NCBI GenBank assembly: GCA_038128265.1
Contig: JAYPJE010000014.1
Coordinates: 45,458-82,948, forward strand
DNA: 37,491 nt
Reading direction: 5' to 3'
Origin: Gemmatimonadota bacterium
GTDB lineage: Bacteria; Latescibacterota; UBA2968; UBA8231
Numbering within the stretch: the first letter of the stretch is position 1; the number at the start of each line of letters is the position of its first letter. The translations under genes and the position numbers were made by a program. Below are positions 18,118 through 26,474 of this stretch, piece after piece. Under the pieces are notes generated by a model that made no database searches, had not been told where the DNA came from, and saw nothing but the letters and a program-made list of their open reading frames with translations.

Positions 18118-18981
18118 TCAGAATGTGCGCGCCATGCCGATGTAGGTGCGCACGTTGCTCACGTCAATCAGCGGGCCCCACTTGGTGACGTACTGGTAGC
18201 CCGTTTCCGCCAGCAGCGTCCAGTGTCCGCTCGGCACCTGCACGCCAGCCACGACGTTTAGACCCAGCTTGTTGGCCGAGTCATCGCTGTTGCCGGGTGC
18301 GTCGACGCTCAGCTGGTGCAGACCCGTTCCCAACCCCACATACAGACCCGGGCAATTGTAGTCACTCAGCAGGCGATGTATATCGGCCTCTAAGGACAGA
18401 TCCGTCGTGCCGCCGCCCGTGCCCGTTCGGTAGGTAAAATTCAGCCGCCAGCGCCGGTCAAACACGTGGCCCAAACGCACGCCAACGCCCAGTCCATTAT
18501 TCGACCCGGCTTCGGCTAGTAGGTCGTTTTGCGGGTTCCAGCGCAGGTCGGCATCCCGTCCCCAATCGCCGCCAAACAGCACGAGGACCGATCGCTTGCC
18601 CGCGGCGGCAGTAGCCGGACGCAGCGCAGATGCGGGCTGGTAGACCTCGGCCGGCGTGGCCTCTTCGCCAAGCCGCACCCACTCGCGCTCGGCAATAACG
18701 CGCTGCAGAACTTCTATCGTCTCGCCCTGTGCGATATAGGCAATCTCACCAATGCTGAAACCATCGGAGATGCGCACGATGTCAATCTCGCCAATCTGAA
18801 CGTAGCGATCGCCGTCTGCGCGCAGGACCAGAAAGGTCTCACCCATTTGCACGGCATTGTCTGCGCCGGCGTCAATGTAGACAAGGGCCGGCGTCACCTT
18901 GATAACGTAGTGCGCATTCTCGGCTCGGGCCGTGACAGCCAATGCCAACAGCACCGCGATTAGTAGCGTTTTACTCATCAT
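18118..18981 (-). CDS. Secreted protein: N-terminal FlgT_C-like beta domain plus small outer-membrane beta-barrel
   Basis: Signal peptide (...AVTARA); VYIDAGADNAVQMGETFLVLR...IGEIDIVRI; barrel strands GLGVGVRLG, LYVGLGTG, LGLNVVAG, ETGYQY; terminal Phe. Confidence 0.6.
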   Translation of the reverse strand: MMSKTLLIAVLLALAVTARAENAHYVIKVTPALVYIDAGADNAVQMGETFLVLRADGDRYVQIGEIDIVRISDGFSIGEIAYIAQGETIEVLQRVIAEREWVRLGEEATPAEVYQPASALRPATAAAGKRSVLVLFGGDWGRDADLRWNPQNDLLAEAGSNNGLGVGVRLGHVFDRRWRLNFTYRTGTGGGTTDLSLEADIHRLLSDYNCPGLYVGLGTGLHQLSVDAPGNSDDSANKLGLNVVAGVQVPSGHWTLLAETGYQYVTKWGPLIDVSNVRTYIGMARTF

Positions 18982-18984
18982 GCT

Positions 18985-20055
18985 CTACACTCTTTTTTCA
19001 AATTCATCGTCGAAGTCTTCGTCGTCTTCAAACTCGTCCTCGTCGAAATCTTCATCGAAATCTTCATCGAAGTCTTCGTCGCCCGCCCCGCTCTCATCAA
19101 ACCCGTTCAGTCCGCTCATCACGTCGTCGTAGCGCCGCTTGATGATCCATATGGCCGCACCCGTCAGCGCGACGATAAAGGCGACTATGCCACCCGCTGC
19201 GGCCGGCGAGCTCAGCGCATCGGTATCGATGCCAACATCCCAGCCAATATCCCAGCTGGTATCCTCTTCTGCGAGCGCTCTATCCAGCGGTAGCGCATCA
19301 GATGGTTCCACGCGCGCGTCGCTGAGTTCCTCGAGGTGCAGCGAGTCGCGCTCCACGCTAATAACCAGCGTCTTGCCGGCCACCTGTAGGCGCACATCCG
19401 TGTCTTCACTGTAGCGTATGGTGAGTTCGCGTGCTTCCTCTGCCCTATATTCGCCGCTCATGACCTGCGCCAGGCGGTTGCGATCTTCGCCCTGCTGGGC
19501 TTCCAAGCCAATCAGGCGCTCATCGATGGTCACGAGATAGGATTTTATGGCCCCCATCTCATCCCACACCTGCTGGGCAAAAACCGGATAGGCGGAGAGG
19601 GTCTTCTGCGACTTCTGATAGCTTTTGATGTCTTTTTCCAGGCCGCGTACTCGCTCCATGACCTGCTCGACTGCCGCGGGATTCTCAATCGCGCCGACCG
19701 CCTGCTCAAGAGGCGCTTTCTCGTACTCGGCGACATCGCCGACGCGCGGGGTCGAATAGGTCTTCACCAAAACGGCAACGGAGCGATTCGCATTGACGCT
19801 GCGCACTTCGGCCACGCCGACGGGCTCCTGCGGCACGCCCAGCACTTCGCCGCTGAGTGGATGGACGATCTTTTCGCCCTCGCGCAGCAGCGTCACCGAA
19901 GCGCCGCGCACTACGCCCTGATGAGCACCCGCTTCTAGTTCAACCGCAATCGCGCCGTCGCTAGTTACCTGGACGACGCGCGCCGACGCCATTTCAGCAA
20001 GAGCCGATGTGGCATACAGAGCTATACACAATAGAGTACAATGTATGTAGAGCAT
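18985..20055 (-). CDS. Type I membrane protein: signal peptide, FlgT_C-like domain, coiled coil, TM helix, acidic tail
   Basis: ATG 20055 (MLYIHCTLLCIALYATSALA); LLREGEKIVHPLSGEVLG...VGVAEV; heptad-like VMERVRGLEKDIK; TM GIVAFIVALTGAAIWII-KRR; DEDF repeats. Confidence 0.65.
   Translation of the reverse strand: MLYIHCTLLCIALYATSALAEMASARVVQVTSDGAIAVELEAGAHQGVVRGASVTLLREGEKIVHPLSGEVLGVPQEPVGVAEVRSVNANRSVAVLVKTYSTPRVGDVAEYEKAPLEQAVGAIENPAAVEQVMERVRGLEKDIKSYQKSQKTLSAYPVFAQQVWDEMGAIKSYLVTIDERLIGLEAQQGEDRNRLAQVMSGEYRAEEARELTIRYSEDTDVRLQVAGKTLVISVERDSLHLEELSDARVEPSDALPLDRALAEEDTSWDIGWDVGIDTDALSSPAAAGGIVAFIVALTGAAIWIIKRRYDDVMSGLNGFDESGAGDEDFDEDFDEDFDEDEFEDDEDFDDEFEKRV
19012..19080 (-). repeat. 12-bp imperfect tandem repeat encoding DEDF units
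   Basis: GAAATCTTCATC twice (19045-19068), GAAGTCTTCGTC at 19069-19080 and again at 19012-19023. Confidence 0.8.
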
Positions 20056-20136
20056 GGGGAGTCTACTCTCGTTTACCATCCGTATTGTATGTGTGGCGGG
20101 ATTGCTGACCCGCACCAGTTGTTCGCCCTACGACGA

Positions 20137-20835
20137 CTATAATTTGCGCGCGCCGAATGCCAGCAGAAACTCCATCGGCTGGTCCCGGGTGCGCGGCCAC
20201 GTTTCGCGCCCGACTAACCCTACGCCCGGGGAATAATACGATGCGTAGGACATGACCTGGGATTCTTCCACGCGGCGAAAATGCGTAACGACTTGTATGC
20301 AGCGCTCATAGCGCAGCCCGTCGACCGTCAGCAGCGTATCGCGGACGCCGATTTCCTTCTCTATGTAAAAGCCCTGGCTGCGGTATGCGTAGGGAACAGA
20401 TGCCTCCGTCGCATCGACGACGACGACATTGACGCCCCCTTCGGGACCCATTTCAAACACCTTGCCTTCTTCGCGGTAGGCGACCGTGCCATCGTCAAAA
20501 AAGTAGACGTCGCGTTCGGCTCGGCTCTCTCGACGCACAATGCGACGCTCGACCTCCGTCGTCGTGCCGCGCGACAGGTCGTGCCGCCGGTAAATCCAGT
20601 AACGACCTACTTCCAGTGGATAGAACGTCTGCTCAGCCGAATCGATCTCGGACGCAACGGACGCTGTGGGAGCAGGAGCTTGAACCACCTCGTCGACGGT
20701 TGAATGCACGCCGCCAACCTGTCCCCTATGCCACAGCGCAATGGCCGCAGCCATCAGACACGCACCGCCGACCAATCCCAACGCGCGCGCAGCCCAGTCG
20801 CTGCGCCGGCGCCCTTTTTTAAATCGAAATGCCAC
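20137..20835 (-). CDS. N-terminally membrane-anchored hypothetical beta-rich protein
   Basis: GTG 20835 after GGAGG; basic N-terminus then TM; FYPLEVGRYWIY and LTVDGLRYERCIQV...YYSPGVGLV motifs of an uncharacterised (DUF3108/TapB-like) exported family. Confidence 0.6.
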   Translation of the reverse strand: MAFRFKKGRRRSDWAARALGLVGGACLMAAAIALWHRGQVGGVHSTVDEVVQAPAPTASVASEIDSAEQTFYPLEVGRYWIYRRHDLSRGTTTEVERRIVRRESRAERDVYFFDDGTVAYREEGKVFEMGPEGGVNVVVVDATEASVPYAYRSQGFYIEKEIGVRDTLLTVDGLRYERCIQVVTHFRRVEESQVMSYASYYSPGVGLVGRETWPRTRDQPMEFLLAFGARKL

Positions 20836-21020
20836 AATTACCTCCGCATCCTTACTATCGGACCGGCTACCAAAACCTTGATCTTTATATTGGAGCCTAC
20901 GCCGCACCCCATCACACAACCCAAGATGTTGTTATATAAGACCTATACTACCCACTACCTGCGGCCCTCTAGCTTACGACAACTGCGCGGCAAAATCCAC
21001 CCACTGGGGCAAACGCACCC

Positions 21021-21049
21021 TCGCCATAAAAGGCGCGATTCCATATATT
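21021..21049 (+). promoter_or_regulatory. Putative promoter of the ASPDH-like operon
   Basis: TCGCCA-N17-TATATT, followed by AGGAG RBS before ATG 21096. Confidence 0.5.
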
Positions 21050-21095
21050 CTGCCTGTTTTTTCCAGCGCATTCCTCTCTCGATAGGAGAACCGCC

Positions 21096-21893
21096 ATGAG
21101 CACACACGCGACGCGCATCGGCCTGGTGGGCTACGGCCAGATAGGCCGCGCCGTTCATCAGATGATAGATGCCAATCCACACACCGGCATGCAGGTGGTC
21201 TTTGTCCACGACCAATTTACAGCGGCCCTCGACGACGTCCCTACCGATCTAGCACTCGCAGACTTGGCCCAATTTGAAGAGAAAAAACCCGACCTAGTCG
21301 TCGAGATGGCCCATCCCGACGTGACGCGTGCCTGGGGCAAAACCATTCTGGAAAAAACCAACTATATGTTCATATCGGTGACCGCACTGGCCGATCGCCA
21401 GGTCGAGCAAGACATCGAAGAAACGACGCAGCGCTGCGGCACGCGCGCCTTTGTTCCGCACGGCGGCGTCGTCGGCATGGACGCCCTGCTGGAAAATCGC
21501 GACGTGTGGGAATCGGTCGACGTTATCATGAAAAAGCCTCCGCACAACGTCGACTGCGCGGCCGCTGGCCTAGATCCGGACGAGATCAAGGAAGAAACGA
21601 CGCTCTACGACGGACCAACGCGCGGCATCTGTCCGCTCTTTCCACGCAACGTAAATACCCACGCCGCCATAGCCTATGCCGGCATTGGCTTTGACCGCAC
21701 GCACTCGGTGCTACAGGTCAACCCCGCCTGGAAAGAAGCCACCGTTGCCATTCACGCTAAGGGGCCCGGCATCGACCTGCACGTCGAGCGCGTCGAGGGC
21801 ATTACCGGCGTAACGGGCGCATCGACGCCTGCCTCAATCTACAACACCGTGCAGATGATCGGCTCGGCCGGTCCAGGTATCCATCTGCGATGA
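21096..21893 (+). CDS. Aspartate dehydrogenase (DUF108) family NAD(P)-dependent oxidoreductase, ASPDH-like
   Basis: Rossmann GLVGYGQIG; PDLVVEMAHP; LYDGPTRGICPLFPRNVNTHAA; lacks the NadX NPKTS motif. Confidence 0.85.
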   Translation: MSTHATRIGLVGYGQIGRAVHQMIDANPHTGMQVVFVHDQFTAALDDVPTDLALADLAQFEEKKPDLVVEMAHPDVTRAWGKTILEKTNYMFISVTALADRQVEQDIEETTQRCGTRAFVPHGGVVGMDALLENRDVWESVDVIMKKPPHNVDCAAAGLDPDEIKEETTLYDGPTRGICPLFPRNVNTHAAIAYAGIGFDRTHSVLQVNPAWKEATVAIHAKGPGIDLHVERVEGITGVTGASTPASIYNTVQMIGSAGPGIHLR

Positions 21894-23056
21894 AAGCATT
21901 TGCCAGCATTCCCTCGCAAATACCGCGCTCGGGCATACGCGAAATCATGGACATGGCCTGGGCAGTCGAAAAGCAGCGGCCCGTTATCCACCTGGAAGTC
22001 GGCCAGCCCGACTTTGCCACGCCCGCACATATTGTCGATGCCACCTGCCGCTATGCGCGCGAGGGCCATACAAAGTACGTGCCCAATGCAGGTGTAGATC
22101 CGCTGCGCCAAGCCGCTGCGCGCTATTTCCAAGAGCGTAGCGGCGTCGAGACGACGGTCGAGAACATTCTCGTCACGCCCGGAGCCGTTATGAGCATCGC
22201 CTCGGCCTTTTTCTCGCTGCTCGAACCAGGAGACGAAGTGCTGTTACCCGATCCGGGCTGGCCCAACTACAATATGGCCGCGTCGCTTATTCACGCGCAG
22301 CCCGTCTTCTACGATCTGCGCCCAGAAAATCAATTTTTGCCCGACCTGGATCAGATAGACAGCCTCGTTTCGCCGCGCACGAAGCTACTGCTGCTGTGCA
22401 CGCCGTCCAACCCGACGGGGCAAGTCTACGACGCAGATACGATGTCGGCGCTAATGCAGTTGGCTAGCCATCACGACCTCTGGGTGCTGTCCGACGAGAT
22501 CTACGCCGATATCACTTTTGGCGAAGGCCATATTTCGGCGCTATCATACGATGGCGATGGGCGCGCACTCATCGTCAGCGGCATGTCGAAGAGCTACGCC
22601 ATGACGGGCTATCGAGTCGGTTTTACGCGCGGACCGCGCGACTATATCGAGCTGGCAGCCAAGCTGCAGGAACCGTTTGTTTCCTGTGGCACCGGCTTTT
22701 CCCAACTGGCCTCGGCAGAGGCGTTAGGCGGCCCGCAGGACTGCGTCGAAGAAATGCGCGATGCCTACGGTCGACGGCTGCAGATTGCTCTCGATATCCT
22801 GCGCGAATACGACCTATACCGCTACAGTCCGGGTGGAGCCATCTACCTGCTCATCGACATAGCGCCCTCTGGCCTAAACTCGCACGAATTCGCCACGCGC
22901 CTCCTGCAGGAAAGGGGCGTAGCCGTTGCACCCGGCAGCACATTTGGCGCCATGTGTGCCGACCACGTGCGCATTTCCATCGCTGCATCCGATGAGCATA
23001 TCCAACAGGGCGTCACGGCTATCTGCCAAATGGTGCACGATCTGGCAACGGGCTAA
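21890..23056 (+). CDS. PLP-dependent aminotransferase class I/II (AspC/AspB-like)
   Basis: GQPDF, PSNPTG, SDEIY, PLP-lysine motif MSKSYAMTGYRVG, PGSTFG...VRIS; ATGA overlap with the upstream gene. Confidence 0.93.
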   Translation: MKAFASIPSQIPRSGIREIMDMAWAVEKQRPVIHLEVGQPDFATPAHIVDATCRYAREGHTKYVPNAGVDPLRQAAARYFQERSGVETTVENILVTPGAVMSIASAFFSLLEPGDEVLLPDPGWPNYNMAASLIHAQPVFYDLRPENQFLPDLDQIDSLVSPRTKLLLLCTPSNPTGQVYDADTMSALMQLASHHDLWVLSDEIYADITFGEGHISALSYDGDGRALIVSGMSKSYAMTGYRVGFTRGPRDYIELAAKLQEPFVSCGTGFSQLASAEALGGPQDCVEEMRDAYGRRLQIALDILREYDLYRYSPGGAIYLLIDIAPSGLNSHEFATRLLQERGVAVAPGSTFGAMCADHVRISIAASDEHIQQGVTAICQMVHDLATG

Positions 23057-23619
23057 TGCGGCTGCAGCGAGCGCACCGTCTGGCCCTGGCCAGAGTGCAT
23101 GCAGACGTGGCCTCACAGCTAATAAAAACGCTGTCGCAAGCGCTTGGAGAACAGGTATATGTGGGACTAGTTGGTCAGCGGCTCTGTCGCTTTGGCGATT
23201 TTATCGAACCGCTGACCGACCCATCCTGCATTTTTAACTTCTCCATGTGGTCGACCACGGCAGAGGGCCGCCGCGATCAGCAGCTAGGCTGGGGCGTATT
23301 TGACTTGGCCATGCCCATCGCCCGCATCCTGCTCGGCGAAGATTCGACTGCACCGCGCCCGTTCACCAATGCCGATATGAAGATTCTCCGCCCCACCATA
23401 CGCAGCATCATCGGCGCGCTGCAAACAGCGTGGAGCGTCGACGACCGGGGCGTGGCTATTGGAGACATCCAGCTCAAGAACAGCCCGCAGAACATCAGCG
23501 TCATCGCATCGGAAACACCATCGGCCACTGTAGATATGGAAATTGACTTCGGCTCGCGCGCCGATCCGCTTTACTTCTGTTATCCAGCTACGCTGATAGA
23601 AACGTTGGTAGACAAGTAA
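23056..23619 (+). CDS. Stand-alone FliM middle-domain (CheC-like fold) protein
   Basis: FGDFIEPLTDPSCIFNF, ILLG...RPFTNADMKIL...LQTAW, KNSPQNISVI, FCYPATLIETL align by eye with the FliM middle domain; TAATG overlap. Confidence 0.68.
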   Translation: MRLQRAHRLALARVHADVASQLIKTLSQALGEQVYVGLVGQRLCRFGDFIEPLTDPSCIFNFSMWSTTAEGRRDQQLGWGVFDLAMPIARILLGEDSTAPRPFTNADMKILRPTIRSIIGALQTAWSVDDRGVAIGDIQLKNSPQNISVIASETPSATVDMEIDFGSRADPLYFCYPATLIETLVDK

Positions 23620-23671
23620 AAAGTTGACGCACGCGCACCAACCGGCAGCAAACAGCCGTCGGCCTGCGCCC

Positions 23672-24748
23672 TCAGGTATAGCGACCTCGGTCTCGCTTTT
23701 CCAGTATCTCCAACACATCGCGCACGCGCTGGGCGTCGTCTTTGCGGCACACGAGCAGCGCGTCTTCCGTATCGACGACGACGAGGTCTTCTACGCCAAT
23801 CAATGCAACCAGTTTGTCGGCCGGTGCGTACACCGTCGCATCGCGCGCATCAATCGATACAACCTGACCAGAAAATAAATTGCCGTCATCATCGGTTGGC
23901 AGCACATCGGTCAGCGCAGCCCAGGTGCCGATGTCGCCCCATTCGATATCGGCTTCAATCGTCGCCACGTATTCGGCGCGCTCGATAAGCGCATGGTCTA
24001 TGGCCACCGCCTTCAATCGCGGGTACTCCTCTGCGATGACGGCTTCCTCCTGACCGCTGCCGACCGAAGCCGCAATGCGCATCAGGACCTCGTACATTTC
24101 GGGCTCGTAGCGGGCAAATAGGTCGAGTACCGTCGCCGCTTTCCAAACAAACATATTGCTGTTCCAAAGATGGGAGCCGCTGTCCACATACTCCCGTGCC
24201 CGCTCGGCGTCGGGCTTCTCCTTGAATGCATCGACGGCGTAGATGGAAACTCCATCTACCTGACACAGTTCTGCACCGCGGCCAATATAGCCATATCCCG
24301 TCTCCGCGCGCGTCGGCTTCACTCCTAGCGTAAACAAATACTCAGGCCGCTCCTGCAGCGCCTCTTCCGCCACCTGCAGCAGACGACAAAACGCGGCATC
24401 TTTGCCGATGTAGTGGTCGGATCCAAGACTGGCAACGGTACAGCCGGGAAAGCGCGCTTCGAGCAGCGCGCACTCGAGTCCGACGGCAGGTCCCGTATTG
24501 CGCAGTGCGGGTTCGACCAAGATATGGTCTTCTGCCATCTCCGGCAGCTGTTGGCGCACCAAGTCGACCATGGCTGCCCCGGTAGACACGTAGATATCAT
24601 CTCCCGTGCCTATCGTCGCCACGCGCGCAACGGCGTCCTGCAGCATGGTTGTCTCTCCGGCCATAGCGTGAAACTGCTTGGGCCGGTTTTTGCGGCTAAA
24701 CGGCCACAGTCGCGTGCCAATTCCACCGGCGCGAATAACAAATTTCAA
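23672..24748 (-). CDS. manC: Mannose-1-phosphate guanylyltransferase (no cupin domain)
   Basis: AGGIGTRLWPFSRKNRPKQF, EPALRNTGPA, ETGYGYI, FKEKPD, WNSNMF, WGDIGTW; TTG start after AGAGGA. Confidence 0.92.
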   Translation of the reverse strand: MKFVIRAGGIGTRLWPFSRKNRPKQFHAMAGETTMLQDAVARVATIGTGDDIYVSTGAAMVDLVRQQLPEMAEDHILVEPALRNTGPAVGLECALLEARFPGCTVASLGSDHYIGKDAAFCRLLQVAEEALQERPEYLFTLGVKPTRAETGYGYIGRGAELCQVDGVSIYAVDAFKEKPDAERAREYVDSGSHLWNSNMFVWKAATVLDLFARYEPEMYEVLMRIAASVGSGQEEAVIAEEYPRLKAVAIDHALIERAEYVATIEADIEWGDIGTWAALTDVLPTDDDGNLFSGQVVSIDARDATVYAPADKLVALIGVEDLVVVDTEDALLVCRKDDAQRVRDVLEILEKRDRGRYT

Positions 24749-24765
24749 GTGGGTTTTCCTCTCTG

Positions 24766-25761
24766 TTAAGAGCGCGCGACCGAGGAGATCACGTATTCTA
24801 ATACGTCGTCGCTTCCCTGTTCAATTGCCACTGTGCGCCGGGCTGGCATCAGCGCGGTGCTACCGGCAGTCAGGGTATGGGCACCATCTGCACTGCTCAG
24901 CACGGCGCTGCCGCCTACAACCGTCAGCGCGGCGAAGCTATCACCCGTTTCACAGCGCGACGAAGATCCGCGCACAAAGCGCGTATGGAAGTGCTCGCAG
25001 TCGACCAACACTCCGCCGTGCTCACCCATCCCGGGCAGCGTTGACCACGGCTGCGGCGGCGGCAGCTGAGCGGAAAAATCGATTACGTCGAGCGCCTGCT
25101 GCAGATGCAGCTCGCGCGGTTTGCCATCGAGACCCGGACGATCGTAATCGTAGATGCGAAACGTCAAATCGCTTGACTGCTGCACCTCGTATATTACGAC
25201 TCCAGCGCACAGCGCGTGCACCGTTCCCGGCGGCGAAAAGACCAGATCGCCGCGCTGCACGGGGAAAAAGCGAATTACATCTTCGACGCGGCCGGCCGTC
25301 ACGGCGGCGGCAAACGCGGACTCATCGACGCCATCAGCCAGACCGTAGGCGACCCGACCGCCGTCCGAGTGCAGCACGAGCCATGCCTCCATTTTGCCGT
25401 TGTCGCGCAGGTCATGAGCACGCGCATAGGCATCGTCTGGGTGCACCTGAATAGACAGGTCTTGGCGCGCATCGAGCAATTTGATGAGCAGCGGCATGCA
25501 CTTGCCATAGCGCTCAACCACAGCAGAGCCGAGCAATTCTGCGCCGTAGCGTTCCACCAGCGCACCCAATCCCACGCCGCGCAAAGGGCCCGCGCTCACC
25601 CCACTTTCGCGACCGCTATAGGCCGACAATTCAAACGACTCGCCTATGGCGGCCCCATCCGGCAGCTCTTTTCCAAATAACTCAGCAAGGCGCCTACCCC
25701 CCCACACCATTTCGCGAAAATACGGATTCAGAGGAAGAATATCAGGTAGTTTATCAGACAT
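24766..25761 (-). CDS. manA: Mannose-6-phosphate isomerase, type I
   Basis: VWGG, IGES, PLLIKLLDARQDLSIQVHPDD, GKMEAW, PGTVHAL, EVQQSSDLTFRIYDYDR...RELH; ATG 25761 after GGAG. Confidence 0.92.
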   Translation of the reverse strand: MSDKLPDILPLNPYFREMVWGGRRLAELFGKELPDGAAIGESFELSAYSGRESGVSAGPLRGVGLGALVERYGAELLGSAVVERYGKCMPLLIKLLDARQDLSIQVHPDDAYARAHDLRDNGKMEAWLVLHSDGGRVAYGLADGVDESAFAAAVTAGRVEDVIRFFPVQRGDLVFSPPGTVHALCAGVVIYEVQQSSDLTFRIYDYDRPGLDGKPRELHLQQALDVIDFSAQLPPPQPWSTLPGMGEHGGVLVDCEHFHTRFVRGSSSRCETGDSFAALTVVGGSAVLSSADGAHTLTAGSTALMPARRTVAIEQGSDDVLEYVISSVARS

Positions 25762-25786
25762 AACTCCGCCTTTTTTATGCCCATCT

Positions 25787-25815
25787 AACTTAGTTTTCCC
25801 CTTGCGCGACGGCAA
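25787..25815 (-). promoter_or_regulatory. Putative promoter of manA-manC
   Basis: Minus strand TTGCCG-N17-TAAGTT. Confidence 0.4.
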
Positions 25816-25922
25816 GGTAGCAGCGCCGATCGACGCGCACTCAGATGCACGGATTGCCAGCGACGCGCACGGCCTGTACTCCACCTATTTTCCTCAGCAG
25901 CGGGTTAAACGCAATTTTACTT

Positions 25923-25950
25923 TTGCTCTCCCCCCCCTCTTTATTATCTT
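25923..25950 (+). promoter_or_regulatory. Putative promoter of the PilZ gene
   Basis: TTGCTC-N16-TATCTT 50 nt upstream of ATG 26000. Confidence 0.45.
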
Positions 25951-25999
25951 AGCGTAGCTCGCATATAGTCTACCATAAGTGCATCGCACCAGGACGACA

Positions 26000-26407
26000 A
26001 TGGCAAACGACAACGAGGATAGCCAATCGGTAGAAGAGGAAATCCACGCGCTCAGAGCGCGGCTTGCCGAGTTGGAAAAGCAGCGTGCCCAACAGAATAA
26101 ACCGCAGCGTTCTGCGCGCAACGAGCTCTCCACCCCCATCCACTTTATCGGCGATTTTGGACTTATTGAAGCGAGCGGCATCGATCTGTCAGACGGCGGC
26201 ATCTGCTTTGAAACCGGTGAAGATATACCGTTTGACATGGAGTTCGAGTACGAGGGCAAAGTGCATCAGCACAGGGCTCATATGGTGTGGATGCGGCGTT
26301 TAGAAGACGGGCGCTGCCGCTTCGGCTTTCAGTTCCATTCAGACTCTCCGTCCGGCATGCTCTGGTTGTACAGAGAGCTAAAGGACCCGCAGCAGACCGA
26401 CGAGTAA
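26000..26407 (+). CDS. PilZ-domain protein with N-terminal coiled coil
   Basis: EIHALRARLAELEKQ coil; QRSAR; DLSDGG (DxSxGG); AHMVW...RFGFQF. Confidence 0.75.
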   Translation: MANDNEDSQSVEEEIHALRARLAELEKQRAQQNKPQRSARNELSTPIHFIGDFGLIEASGIDLSDGGICFETGEDIPFDMEFEYEGKVHQHRAHMVWMRRLEDGRCRFGFQFHSDSPSGMLWLYRELKDPQQTDE

Positions 26408-26474
26408 TGCGCGCTGCTCCCCTGCGGAGACTCTGCGCGCCCACGATCCGATTAATTCACATGTAACTCGTCGC

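Noticed and set aside
21096..21893. Calling this gene nadX (NAD biosynthesis)
   Set aside because: Missing the NPKTS motif and nadA/nadC context; motifs look closer to ASPDH.
24678..25454. 258-aa plus-strand ORF opposite manA
   Set aside because: Low-complexity Arg-rich antisense shadow.
25831..25870. Direct repeat CGACGCGCAC twice, 30 nt apart, in the manA/PilZ gap
   Set aside because: Only two copies of a GC-rich 10-mer; plausible by chance without conservation data.
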